Assembly (NCBI RefSeq): GCF_036321535.1
Contig: NC_087436.1
Location: 63,986,001-64,050,000, forward strand
Direction: 5' to 3'
DNA: 64,000 bases
DNA from: Camelus dromedarius
Lineage: Eukaryota
The notes beneath the pieces are model-generated. The model was not told the origin of the DNA and did no database searches. It saw only the letters and a list, made by a program, of their open reading frames with translations. Positions within the stretch are counted from its first letter, which is position 1, and each line of letters starts with the position of its first letter. The position numbers and the translations under genes were made by a program. Of this stretch, positions 26,578 to 39,331 are shown piece by piece.

Positions 26578-28104
26578 GGAATACTTGACATGGGTTGAGG
26601 CTGGCAGTGTTGGGCATGAATCTCAAACTAGGCATAGATGCTAAGTTGTAAAAGACACCTTGAAAGACAAATAGTAGAGGAAAAGTCAACCAACTAAAAT
26701 ATGGGACAGATAACAGAAACGGCCTAGATAAGTGGTTAGCATTAATGTGAATAGACACCAGCACCTCCTATTGGACTCTTAATTCTATTAATATGCATGT
26801 ATGTGCGTATATACACGTGTGTACACACAGGTATGTGTGCATACGTATATATAGCAACAGACAGATGGACAGAGAGGCTCCCATTCAGAATAGGGTCTAC
26901 CTGGCCAAGGATAATAAGACTACCTATGTAGATCTGGCCTTTACAAGCAGGGCTTCCATCTGGGAAGAAGAGAGACTGTAGAAAAAATTTGTCATAAAGA
27001 AATGCTCCATTCCCAGAGGAAATGAAATATGAAGACATGTCGAGCACAAAAGAATAAAGCAGCCATCCCAGCGACACTGAGTTGGATACAGAGCAAGAAC
27101 TTGTTCAGTGAATCAAGACAGAAATCATTAACTTAAACTGAAGAAAACAGGGCAGAACCAGACTTGCAGCAAAACTGATGAAGTGTTAAAATTGCCTACC
27201 TCTCCTTTCTCTTTCAGTCTCTTTCTCGTCTTTTCCTCTTTTTCTTCCTTATCTTCAACAGGAAAGGGAGGGATCTTACAAATTAAGGTCACACATAACA
27301 AAACTGTAACATCATTTGAACAATGACAACAGACAAGTAATGATGAGAACCATAATCATCCCAGACAACGAAGTCTAGGGGAACTATTGCTATTGTGCAC
27401 AAAACCAAATGCTTATCTTTCTGGCATTCAAAGCAAAAGGGGAACATAATAGGATACATAGCCCTCAATAGCTAATAAGTAGAAAACCAAATTATCAGAA
27501 AAGAGATATTTCCCTGGCTCTGAAATCTGAGAAGAAACATTGCACAGATCTACATTGAAACTTTTTAAAGCCACATAGACAATATGGTAATAAGGTCTTT
27601 CAGGAGAACAACAAAAAAAAAGAAAAGATATAAAGAAACTTTGGATGAATGATGAATTCATAGAAATAAGGAAGAAAAAATCAGCAATAGAAGCAAAGAT
27701 GGGACATCTAAGACTAAAGGAGACAGGCAGAAATACATAATCACAAAAGATAAAGAAGCACAAAGAAGATAAAAGTGGTAGAATCATTTTCACAATTGAA
27801 CTGGACAAGAAAAAATATAGATTTTAAAATGATGTAAAATACTATGAACCAATATTTGTCACTGTAAATGTCTACATCTTCCCTAGAAATATATTCATCA
27901 TTTTCATATAGGTCTCTCTGGCAAAAGTCATTATGTTTCAGAATTATTATTTTAATGTATTGGTTACTAAATTAAAATTTCAACTATTTTATAAAAGTTC
28001 ATTATGTTATCTCTTAATATCTTGCTTAAAAAGATTGCTCTGTTCCAAAATGCCACAGTACTTTGTAGAGTTGATCTTTTGCAAATGTAAGAGAAGGAAC
28101 AGGA

Positions 28105-28310
28105 ATTAGTTTTGGAATTATTCAGGCTTAGGTTTGAATTGAGCTCTTCAACTTACTGCCTGTCTGACCTTGAGCAAGTTAGCCAGTCCTTGGCCTTTTT
28201 AATTTAGAATATGAAGTAAATAACTCCTGTATCTCTGAGTTGTTTTTATTATTAAATGAGATCATGTATATAATGTTCTCCACAAACTTCTAGGCAAGTA
28301 TTAGATCAAT
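28105..28310 (+). mobile_element. MIR SINE
   Basis: GGTTTGAATTGAGCTCTTCAACTTACTGCCTGTCTGACCTTGAGCAAGTTA...ATTAAATGAGATCATGTATA. Confidence 0.68.
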
Positions 28311-29668
28311 ATTACTGCTGTGCTTTGATGGGCTTGGAACTCCATATCTTAACTAGGCAAATGAACACATTTGTGTCGGGTAGTAAAAAAGAAACCTTCG
28401 AAGGAAAGAATTTCCTAAATATTTATATGGTAAAAATAACCTTAAGAAATAACCCTGTGTCTGTAGTTTTTAAATTGCTTCCTATTCAACAGTTCATTCA
28501 TTAAATATCTATTCCATATGAAACGCATCATGCTGGGTAATATATGCGCTAAAATAAATTTTACCTGCTTCCTCAGCAGTCTAATGGTGGACAGACATGT
28601 GTAACTAAATTTTGAGGATTAGCCAAGTTCTGAGGAAAACACATGAGGCTGTGGAATGTAGAACAAATGGAAAAGTTTCTAGTCATTCTAGAAAGGGTAA
28701 AGAAATAATGATGTTTCCTAATTTTCTGTACGTTAAAATATTCTACATGTTAATAAATGTATGCAGCACTGTAATGATTTTTGCATCTCATGAAATGATA
28801 TTTCTTCTCAAAAGGGTTTCAGTGATTTTTATCCCAAGAAATTTATAAGTACCAGGATTCTTCAGTACAAAATAAGCAATATTTATACCCCTGCAAGTTT
28901 AACTTCAGTTTTCCCAAATCAAATTGGAGGTCTGATCTCTCCTTTTCTAATAAAATACAAATCAAATTTAGTCATTCTTTTACCCTTGCTCCACCACCTG
29001 AGACCCACCAGTTTCATACAGTTTTTGTTTTTCCTTTTTTCATTAAAACAAATCTCTGTAATACGGCAACCACACTACTTTCGTTCTGTAAAATTATTTT
29101 AAGTTTTTTTTCATGATTTATTTTGTTACTTAGGAGATATTTCAAGATTATGGTTTAGCTCAAGGTACCAGCAAATTTTTTTTTGTAATTATTTAAGGAA
29201 GTTTTTTTTAATTTCAAAAAATGTTTCTCATAATATTTGTAATAATTCCCTGACAGAATAAGAACTCCCCAGTGCACCAAGGTGGGCTACAGAAAAGTAA
29301 TTCCTCCGGCTCACCTACCATAAGCATCCCATGGTTCTCAAGAGTTGTGTAAGGCTAGAGACCTGCGGTTAGTTCAAAGCCTGGTTGGCCTATTGCAGAA
29401 TTATTCTTGAAGTTTTAAGTGTTGAAGTGGAAGTAACAGCACATTCTAGGTTAAGCCACACAAACCAATTTCACTAAGGGAATGGAAAACTAAGTTTAAT
29501 GGAAAACCAAAATGATATTTTTAGCCATTCATATGTTCAGCAAATATTTATTGAACATTGCTATATGGCAGGCCCTGTTTTACTTGCTGGGGAAATATCA
29601 ATGAGCGAAACAGACAAAAGTTCTCATCCTCCAAGAGCTTACATTCTGATGGGGAAACAGCTACAAAT

Positions 29669-29919
29669 CAGGGCCAACTTATCCATTACCTACAGGGCCT
29701 AAGCCCCACAGTACTATGAAGGGCCCACGAGAATGTTTTAATTTTAATGTGTTTTAAAACCAGAAGGAAAAATAGAATGTTACAATAATGCATCCATCTG
29801 AATTATATTTTTCTTCATACCGATGCAGTCATAAAATATAATTTAAAATATTTTTATGGAGGAAGGGGATCATTAAGGCAAAAGAGCCTTGAGGCCACAG
29901 AAGTCACATTGTAGGCCTG
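29669..29919. mobile_element. Short non-autonomous hAT DNA transposon (MER-type) nested in an L2
   Basis: Inverted termini CAGGGCC...GGCCTG, AT-rich core, degenerate 8-bp flanks CTACAAAT/CAATAAAC. Confidence 0.7.
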
Positions 29920-30345
29920 CAATAAACACAAGTGAATAAGTAAATTATGTGGTGTATTAGAAGGTGAGAAGTTCTGTGGAAGAAAAAAAGGAAGTGGGAT
30001 AAGATTGTTTGTAATTTTAAGTGGAGTGTTAGAAAAAGCACCTGAGAAGCAACTTTTGTTCACAGACCTGAAGGAAGTTAGGCAAAGAGCGGTGTGAACC
30101 TCTGGGTGAAGAGCACTCGAGGTGCAAAGATTAGCAGATGCAGAGCCCTGAGACAGGGGTGTGCCTGGAATGTGGAAGGAGCAACAAGGAAGCTACTATG
30201 ACTGCAGCAAAGTGATCTCTGGGGAGAGATGCTGAAGATCAGGCCATGGAGCTGGTGGGAGTCAGACTTTGCAGGGCTTTGCAGGCCACTTCAGATTTAG
30301 TCTGAGTGATAGAGGGCACAGCTGGAGGGTTTAAGGCAAGGCCAT

Positions 30346-30797
30346 TGTTAGGAGCTGAACTGTGCACCCCCAAAAGGTATGTTGATGTCCTAACCCCAGG
30401 TACCTGTGAATTTGGCCTTATTTGGAAAAAGGGTTTTTGTAGATATCATCAAGTTAAGATGAGGTCATTAGGGTGACTCCTAATCCATTACGACCAGCCT
30501 CCTTATAAGAAAAGGAAAACACCATGCAAAGACAGACATACAGGGAGAGCACCATGTGATGAAGAGGCTGAATTTGGAGGGATGTAGCTGCCAACTGTGG
30601 AATGCCAAGGATTGACGGCCACTGTCAGAAGTTAGCAAGAAGCAAGGAAGGGCTTTATCTAGAGTCTCAGAGGGAGATTAGCTCTGCCAACATCTTGATT
30701 TCCAACTTCTAGAAAAACAGTGAGACAATAGAATTCTGTTGTTTTAAGTTACCCAGTTTGCAGTACTTTGTTACGTTAGCTCTAGGAAACTAACACA
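30346..30797 (+). mobile_element. MaLR solo LTR (MLT1B/C-like) nested in an L2
   Basis: TG...CA termini; CCTTATTTGGAAAAAGGG...GTTAAGATGAGGTCATTAGGG...CTAGGAAACTAACACA; similar to 10575-11024. Confidence 0.87.
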
Positions 30798-30879
30798 GTT
30801 ATTTTGTTCTAACAGCATGTCTCTGGCTGAGTGTTGAGAAAAAACGATAGCAAAGGCAAGGTAGGAGCTAGGAGGCTAC

Positions 30880-31380
30880 TGTAGGTCAAGGGTCCTAGGA
30901 AGCAGGTTCTAAGATGGGAATGCGCACAGATTTATCCAGAAGTGCTCTAAGGAACAATTCAGGGTGGGAATGGGGATGGACGGGGGTGTGGGATGAGGGA
31001 CTCAGAACTGGCTAGAGGGAAGAGTGGGGCTCACGGAGCCACCATCAGTTCAGTGGGGGCTCCAGGAACATGAGATGGTCCTTCAGAGTCATCTAGAAGT
31101 AGGAAAGGAACCCACCATAATTACTGCTGTGAAGGACAGATGTTGAATTATGTTCCTAGGGAGGGAATATCATCTTGAGTAAGATATCTCCCTTCAACAG
31201 AGGGAGGGAATACTTGAGGAACTCATCTGTGAGCAGCTTACATTCTTCATGCTGTGGAATTAATACTTTGGTCCTGGGAAGAAGAAACATGCAGGTGCAT
31301 CGTATCATCTCCAGAAGAGGATACAGCATTTATGGACAAGACATTCAAGCAGCATGGGAAAACATGAGAATCAGAGTATA
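30880..31380. mobile_element. Old ERVL-type LTR fragment (LTR16/LTR33-like)
   Basis: GGTCCTAGGAAGCAGGTTCTAAGATGG..GATTTATCCAGAAGTGCTCT start motif; GC-richer than flanks. Confidence 0.45.
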
Positions 31381-31414
31381 GCACACGTAGTTCTATGCGT
31401 ATAAATGGTGTAGT

Positions 31415-31441
31415 TGTGTGTGTGCGTGTGTGTGTGTGTGT
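31415..31441. repeat. Interrupted (TG)n microsatellite
   Basis: TG run with one CG interruption. Confidence 0.9.
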
Positions 31442-31459
31442 CCTAGCAAGGATCTTCCA

Positions 31460-31675
31460 TTTGCACAGTGCTCTAAATTTATAATATACACAATTTGGTG
31501 GCCACATTAACCTTGTAATGCAGGTAGGACAGATATTTTAAAATAACAATTCTTCCAACAGGGTAGATAAAATCTAGAAATATCAACTGACTTGCCCAAT
31601 CCTCCGTGCATTAGTGGTAAGGACAAGACTGAAAATAGCATCTTCTGAATCCACGTCCTGAGTTCTTTGTACCAT
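31460..31675 (-). mobile_element. MIR SINE
   Basis: CACAGTGCTCTAAA...CCTTGTAATGCAGGTAGG...TGACTTGCCCAA. Confidence 0.55.
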
Positions 31676-31799
31676 GACATACGGCCAGAATATTACTTCA
31701 GTTAAGTGGCAGTGATTATGCTGCACAATTCTGAATATTCTTTTATGCTTCATTATTTCAGAACTGCCAAGAGAGTATATGGCAAGAACAGCATAGTTA

Positions 31800-32050
31800 T
31801 TTATCAAACTCACATCAATTTCTTCCTGGATCCAAAGGTAGATTACATTTGCCAGCCTCCTTTACAGTTAGTGTAGCCATATGACTGAGTTCTTGTGGGA
31901 ATTTGAGTGGTGATAAGGATCATGCAGGCCCATAAATAAAATGCTAAGAAATCACCCCTCACCTCTCTTCCCCATGGTCTGCCCAGTGCAGTGGAGAAAG
32001 CCATGTGTTAAAGATGGCAGAATCGCCATTAACCGGGATCTCTGAATGTT
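31800..32050. mobile_element. Old MaLR (MLT1J-like) LTR fragment
   Basis: AGATTACATTTGCCAGCCTCCTTTACAGTTAG..GCCATATGACTGAGTTCT...AGCCATGTGTTAAAGATGGCAGA. Confidence 0.6.
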
Positions 32051-35000
32051 TGAAAGCAACAAAGGTATCTTACCTGTATACCACACCCTCTTCAGTTTAG
32101 AGTCCTAATCCAAGATTTTCTTAACCATTAGAGAATCAGAAACACAGTATGCATACCTCAGTGTAAGAGGTACAGTATAGATTTGGAATTTTGTTTCATG
32201 ACATTTCACGTAGACATAACTAATATATCTAATTAAAATCTAATATTAAATAACATAAGGTAAAGATATACCAAGCTGTTGACATGTGTACACTTAATCT
32301 TTTCACCATTTTGTGAGAAAATTATTATTTTATTTTTCTCATTGTTAAATACCTGAGAAGCGGCTTGAAATAATATAACTAATTAACTGATAATACATAC
32401 ATATATACATATATACTTCAGATATGCATAATTCCAACTTGAAAACACATCAGCGAAGGAGGTAAAATTTCTCTATTCCAGTGTTTATATTTTGCAAATC
32501 TCAGGGAATGCCTCTGAATAGTCTGGCTTAAGTCATCTGGCCATCTATAACAGATCACTGGGGTAGAGCTGGTTACAATATATGATTTGGCCTGCATCAT
32601 CTGCCTTCCCTATGTGGGCTGGGTACTGCAATGGACAGATCATTACTAATATATAAAGCACAGAGGAAAATGACACCTACGGAAGAGGCATGCTATTTTC
32701 AAAAGTAGGAAGATGGAAATGGCCAGACAAAACTCATTAATAACTATGACAAAGTTATGCTGGCTTCCTCAAAAAGGAGAATATACTATAATACCTCAAG
32801 GGTTGTTCTTCAGAAACAAAGTACAGAAATGTAGCTGGATCGCAGGAGAGAAATAGAACCCTGGTCCAAAAAGCCATCCAAAAGCTCTCTCTCTGCATTT
32901 CATCTAGGCTCACTCTGCGCCCGTGTTTTATGCTCTTTCTGCAGAGTAGCGTTCTCTTCACTTCTTCTGCTGGGTGGCTAAAGGCAAGTTCAACTGATGA
33001 TTGACTAGTCCAGGCCTCCTATCAAAAGTGAAACATCTCTTATTCTTGAATTAAAGTGGCAAGGAAAAGAGGGCCACACCACAGCTTGGTGACTTACATG
33101 GCCTATTCAGAGAACGAAGCAATGACTTTCTCAGCCCCGATTCCAATTTCCCCAGGAAGAAGGCTTGAGTAGCCAGCTGTTGATCAAGCAACTTAACTCC
33201 TCCCCTTCCTGATCGAAAGAACTGTAGCCAAGGAGGAAGGCTCTCATTGTAAAAACTTGCTTTTAGAATCTCTATCAGCGTACACAGAGGTTTAGTAAGA
33301 CACACTTGTCCAGATGGCGTACTCTACTGAGTAATAATGATGTTAACGAAGTGGAGATAATACCTATGTTGCTGGTTTCTTGGGAGGATGAGGCCCCGCC
33401 CACAGAAGGTAAGGGTCATTACTTTAAAGGAGTTGTAGTCTAAAATTAATCCACACGAAAATTTAGTCATACTTTATATATTTTTGAACAAAAAAATATT
33501 TTCTCCTGGCTTGACAACTAATTAGATGACTTCCAAGCTCTTTTCCAGTTCTTTGATGCCAGTGATTTTTTTTTTCCTGTTGATTCTAAACCACTAGCCA
33601 AAAAAGTACTTTAAAAGCAAGAGATTTGCTGATATCTCAAGGCTATTCCAAAGCATGCCATAGCATAAAATGATTTCAAAAGGGTTCAATTTGTTTTGAA
33701 CAACAGCAGCCTCCTTTACTCAAGGTGACTAATTTAAAGTTGATAGCGCTCATTTTGATATATAACATCTACTAATACGTAATCTTAATAAATGATAGAT
33801 CTATTAATATAAATCATAGTTTAATAGATACATCTTATGTATTTTATAGCATATATCATATAACGCTTGCCTTGAATTATTTCATTCACGAAACATTTAT
33901 TGACTTATCTTATTGAATATCTTATATGGTCCTGAGCACCGTATTTTTAAATAGGCAATATTTTTCCTACCACTCTTCATTTTGCTTTTATAAGAGGTGA
34001 GGTATATGATTAAAGCAGATACCAGAAATGAGAAAATCTTCTAACTGGGAGTACTACAAAGATAATGTGACTAATATTCTGAGAAGAATAATGCAATTTG
34101 CCTTCTGTGGGCTCAGCTTTCAGGAAAATCCAGCAGGCAATTTTACAGGAAACTTATTGTCCTGGGTATCACCCTCATACAGAGTGTATGTTAGCACAAT
34201 ACCTGCAAGTCCATACAGAATTTCCCCCTTGTTTGGCAGTTTAGATATAGATGCAAAAGAAGAAGGAATTTCTGATTAAGGCTAGCAATACTGTAAAAAT
34301 CTGATGACATTCTTCAGGAACATATTGCACTAAGTCAGGTTTAGATAGCACCACATCGTAGAAAACATGGCCATGAATAGCTACTGAGCCTCCTCTACCA
34401 TCAGGGATGTTGAAAGCCTTTGCATAATATAGTCTGAAAAGTCCTAGGGAAGGATGTTGATTAGCCAAGTTTGGGTCAGCTGCCCTTGGCCGGATCAAAC
34501 ACGGTCAAGGGACAGGGCCAAGTAGTATGGACAGAGCCTCATACACACGTATAGGAGCCATTCTCAGAGAAGGAGGAGTAATTATGAGTCAGGTATCTCC
34601 TCTTGGTGTCTAATATTAACTTAAAGGAACGAGGTTGAGAAGCAGAATCTAACAGGGTGGCAATATTTTATAAAGAAACAAAGAGTCTTTCCCTTCTGTT
34701 ATAAGCCATGACAGTCATTATTAAACATCTGGTTGACCACGATATTTTCATTTGTAAAGTAAAAGCACCTTTGCCTTTATAAGAGGGAGACCCAAAAACT
34801 GTTTGAGTTTTTGAACATTTTCATATTTCTAGAGTCTCGAATCTAGAAACTGTGATGTGACATTTTTAAGGCAACTTTGTATGAATGCTGAGTACTTTTG
34901 CAAAAACCTGTGTTCTACTGCTAACATTGATAGTAAGTAGCTTAAAGCATTTGGAGTTAAACCTAATTTAAATTATGAAAGGTAATTTAATTGTATGATG

Positions 35001-35220
35001 TGAGACAAAGTAGCTAGGAAAGTTAACAGGGGAAAAAAAAAGAACCAGCAGCATATTGTTCCCTTCACAGTTGTCCAGAACTGGCATACATGTATGCAAA
35101 CATTAGAGAAATTATGAAAAAACGGTTCTAAGGAGACTCTTCCATTGAGAAGAAAAAAGTCAGGATGTAAAAAATGTTAACCATTTAATTAGCAGAAGTT
35201 CTTTTTAAAAACATCTAGAT

Positions 35221-35356
35221 GGTGGGGGGTGGTGTATAGCTCAGTGGTAGAGCGCTCACTTAGCATGCAGGAGGTCCTGGGTTCAATCCCTAGTAACTCC
35301 ATTTAACTAACTAAATAAATAAACCTAATTACCCCCTTCCCCCACAAAAACACCAA
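35221..35356 (+). mobile_element. tRNA-Ala-derived SINE (Vic-1-type, camelid)
   Basis: A box TAGCTCAGTGG at 35237-35247, AGC anticodon remnant at 35262-35264, B box GGTTCAATCC, then AAATAAACCTAATTACCCCC and an A tail. TSD AAAAA(C/A)ATCTAGAT at 35207-35220 and 35357-35370. Confidence 0.88.
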
Positions 35357-36084
35357 AAAAAAATCTAGATCTTTATTTACTTTATCTAGATCTATAGGTA
35401 AGCTTCCAGGTCATTAAGATGTAGAACACACAGATCTTCTTTTGGAGTGAAAAAGAATAAGGGGGAATTGCTTGAATCAAGGAGAGAATAGAGGATATCA
35501 AATTAGCAAGGCTATATCACCCGGGTAAGAGTCTATAGTCTGGTCCTTTGCTGTACATTCCAGAGAACAGAGAGCATCACTGGATTCTTAGAATTAAACT
35601 ATCCTGTCAGTCAGTCAAATACGTTCTGATAATATATATAATCTAAATTTGAGTCATTATTCTACTGAGCCCAAGACCCTTTAGAATTCTAATCATTACA
35701 TGGCCTAGTAGGAGTCTGAGTACTGCTGCTTGCTTTGCAGATGTGATTTAACCCTGATTACCTTGATTTGTCAGTGTATCTAGGCCCAGTAGCATTTAAG
35801 AGAGTAACTGCAGATATTTGATTGAGTATTAGAGAGCATTTTTTCCAATGACAGAAGCTCAGGAATTTAAAATTCTGTGAAAGTTTATGTCAGGTTGAGG
35901 TAGAAGGTCATTTCAAGTGAAGGTGGCATTGTCTAGTGTCTGCAGTAGCTATTCATTCAGTTGCTGAAAACCTCAAGTATGGAAAGCTCAGCCTAGGGCA
36001 GTGCACAGTGTTAAGCCATCAGCTGAGGAAAAGACAAATCAGGAAAGAATTCCGATTTTCAACTGGACACATGACAGCCTGGAA

Positions 36085-36450
36085 TAGTCAACTTTTCCTA
36101 TTAGCCTTGCAGCTAAGCGTTACCAGCTCACCATTTCTGAGTAGGAAATGAAAGGGTAAATGGTGTGTGCAACTTTAGGAAAATGTCTGTGGGTGTGAGC
36201 CTGCCATCTTTTCCTCCTTTTCTTCTCTGCTCCTGGAATGTAGGCATGATTGCTAGAACTGGAATTGGGAATCATGGCCATGAGTGGCTGAGCAAGAAGA
36301 TAAAGAAGGTATCTATTTCACGTTGCAATGCTTTGGAGGGCCACAACAGCCCAGGATCAAAACAGACATTCACCTGAAAAAGAGACTTTTATATCGTTTA
36401 CTGTTATTTTGGTTTCTGTTGCTTGCAACCAAAATGAATCCTAATACAGA
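36085..36450. mobile_element. Old MaLR (MLT1-type) LTR fragment
   Basis: CCTTGCAGCTA...CCTGGAATGTAGGCATGATTGCTAGAACT...TTTGGTTTCTGTTGCTTGCAACCAAAATGAATCCTAATAC. Confidence 0.6.
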
Positions 36451-39180
36451 ATACGTGGATCATTCAAAAAAATTTGTTTTTGCTTTACCAACTTTTTCTC
36501 CACTAGCTGAATAACTAGCAATTTCAATCAGATAAGAGGCCATTTACTGAGGGTGAAAAAACAAGATAACTTACATACTTACTTTCCTTATATAACAATT
36601 ACAACTGAGATGTGTATCACTGTACAAAATCTTTGTTCATACCTTTGTTTATTTCTGTAGAAGTGATATCTGTAAATAGAAACAGTGGATTAATGATGTA
36701 CATATATTCTATAAAGCAGTTGACATATATTGTCAACTTTCTTTCCAGAAAAATTGTGTCAATGTACATCACTAGCATAGAGGTAGGGCTGTCTCAGCAC
36801 AGTTTTGTTAGAGTTTAGCAGTAGGACACTGCTACTTTTCAGCTAATTTCATGGGTGAAACATGAAACATAAGGGATGTGGTAATTGTGTACATTTTATG
36901 TATTGGACTTGTATAGGCAGAACATATTTCTTTAAATTTACTGGCCATTTACATTTATTTTGTGAACAGGTTATCCATGTTCTTTTTCTAACTTTCATGC
37001 TATTGGAGATCTTAGTGTATTTCTTATTAATCTGAAAAAGGTCTTTTGGTCAAGAAATTTTAAAAGTTATTAAAATATTTTAATTGTGGTTATCCTGTAT
37101 GATTGGCCATTTGGCTTTTTAAAAAGATGTTAGGGAGGGGTTCTTTTCCATTTGGTAAATATTGATTTTTTTTTTTTCAGTTTTAATGGAATTGAAGCCA
37201 ACAGTGCCATCTTTATCAAAAACAACTCTAGCACACAGAACTACTGAGTATAATAGCATCTTTGCTCAAACATCATCTGTTATATTATCTTGTCCCTGAG
37301 AAGAAGGTGTTAAATAGAATTGTGTAGCAAAGAGGGCACAGTGTTTCGCTTGATTTTATTTTTGTGGCAGGTTCATCTTAGAAAAATATTGGCAAGAGTC
37401 ATGGATTTCCTGGCAATGGAATATTGACACTTTGTATCTTAAATCAAATATAGAAGACTATGCCCATCAGATTAAAAATGATTTGGAAACATGAAGTTTG
37501 AGCCTAAAATACAGGTAGCTGCTGTAAAAAAAAAAATGCTACCTTGACATTTGATTAAGTTGTATAAACAATTAACCTATTCTTTTCTCTCCACTGCTTT
37601 TCATTAACTATCAGTTTTTTTATTTACTTTTTTTTTCTTTCTTGGTTTTTTCTCCCTCATTATTCTGTTTGTAATTTTGCTTATTTGCAATCAACTCCTC
37701 TGCGGTGAATACTTTTCATCACTTTTTTAAATTAATATGCTTAGTTTTCAGTTAATGTGTTTCATATTTTGGTAAATACGTTAATTCTATTTTGAAATTT
37801 TATTCCTTTCACATGTCCTACCAGACCTGCCATATTGTGATGTCTGATTCTAAAAACTGGTCTATAGGTAATGCTTATTTATATTTCTGCTGCTATCACT
37901 AATAACATTGAATATCTATACATCACTTTTCATTTTACATTCTATTACTTTACTACTTTTCTACGCATATCCATTTGGGAGATGAATTGAGTACTTTCCA
38001 TTTTGCCTCCTTTACAAATAAGATCCTCTTGTCACAATTGGTTAGAGTTAACTCTTTCCAAAATTATTTAAGTAACAAGGGACCCCAGACGTCAATTTAT
38101 ATATATATTTTTTGGTATTCGCGGGAGTTCATAGATGCCCCATATTAGGCAAATTCAATTAGCCTAACTTGAGCCTGTGAACATTTAATTGGTCAGAGAT
38201 CAACAATATCAATATTGAATCCGCTTCCCATTAAAAAAAAACTTACAATATGCTGTGTATACAGTTACACTGATGATTAAAAGATGTAATTTGCATTCCA
38301 GAAAAAAAGCCTATAATGCTAGGAGGCATATAAACAAGGAACTAATAATTTTAAAAGAACAAGAAAAAAGCAGAATGAAATAGGTGTTCTTGTAGAGATA
38401 CCATCAAAGTGCTATGGGAATATAATGGAAGGGGTGATTATTTTGAATGGGACTGGTGAAAAAAGGCTTTTTGGAGCAGTTGGTACTGGAGTTGAGCTTT
38501 GAAGAATGAATCAGATTTCTATAGTCACTTGTATTGGCTATGGTCTGTTAATTCTCAAGAGCTTTTTGGTTCTTCAGATGTGCTGTGGTTAACTTTACCT
38601 CCCTAAGAGCCGGGAGGGCATTAGATCATTCTGAATATATACACTCAAAAATAATTTGGATAAAATGTGCTTGTTGGATGCATATAATAAATTTTAGTTT
38701 CTCTTACAACTGTAACTCAAATGTACTGATACAGAAAATAACACTTTAGCTATTTCAAATCATGAAATTTTAGACTAGGAAAAGACCTTAGAAATTACCT
38801 ACTTAACCTTCTCATTTACAAAGAAGGCAGAAAGGGGTTCAGTAATTGATCAGGGTCACTCAGTTAACTTGAGCAGACTTTCCCTCTATCAGAAGGCATT
38901 GCTTTGGAATAGGCACCTTTGTATATCCATTATGGTCATTTTTATTGATGTGAAATGAAATCATTGAATCCCCACATCGGATTATCAGAGAAGGATACTT
39001 TAAAGTCTGCAATGAATTTGCACGTAGATGTAAGTTTGAAGGAACATAAAATGGACCGAAGGCAGAAACCGCACTGGGACTCAGTACCTGCATAATGAAA
39101 ATACGGAATAATCTACACCTGTAAAAAGAGACACTAGCCGTACTTTCAGTCTGACGTCGCTTACTCACCTAGGGTGGAGT

Positions 39181-39331
39181 GAAGGAAGAAAAGAAGGGAG
39201 AGAGGCGGAAAGAAAGAAAGAGGGGAGAGGGAGAGGGACGAGGGAAGGCGGGTTTGGGGGGGAAGGAGAGAGAGAGCGCGCGCGCGAGAGGGAGAGAGAG
39301 AGGGGAGAGAGATACAGAGAGAGTGAGAGAG
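39181..39331. repeat. GA-rich polypurine low-complexity tract at the island's left edge
   Basis: Almost all purines on the + strand (GAAA/GAGA/GGGA units), interrupted by GCGCGCGCGCG at 39276-39286. Confidence 0.9.

Larger units (their letters stand above)
29525..30880 (-). mobile_element. L2 fragment interrupted by a hAT element and an MLT1 LTR
   Basis: TTCAGCAAATATTTATTGAACATTGCTATATGGCAGGCCCTG (L2 3' end, reverse strand), continuing on both sides of the insertions. Confidence 0.75.

Noticed and set aside
27428..27808. 126-aa hydrophobic minus-strand ORF
   Set aside because: A Phe/Leu/Ser-rich translation of an A-rich + strand, probably an ancient LINE remnant; no domain.
35225..35301. 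tRNA-Ala(AGC) gene
   Set aside because: The anticodon stem is mispaired (CTCAC/GCAGG), the acceptor stem is poor, and it has a SINE tail, A run and TSD. It is a SINE.
39088..39168. Minus-strand mini-intron/mini-exon after the 39169 donor
   Set aside because: The acceptor-like TTTTTACAG is only ~50 nt from the donor, too short for a typical intron, and the next donor is weak.
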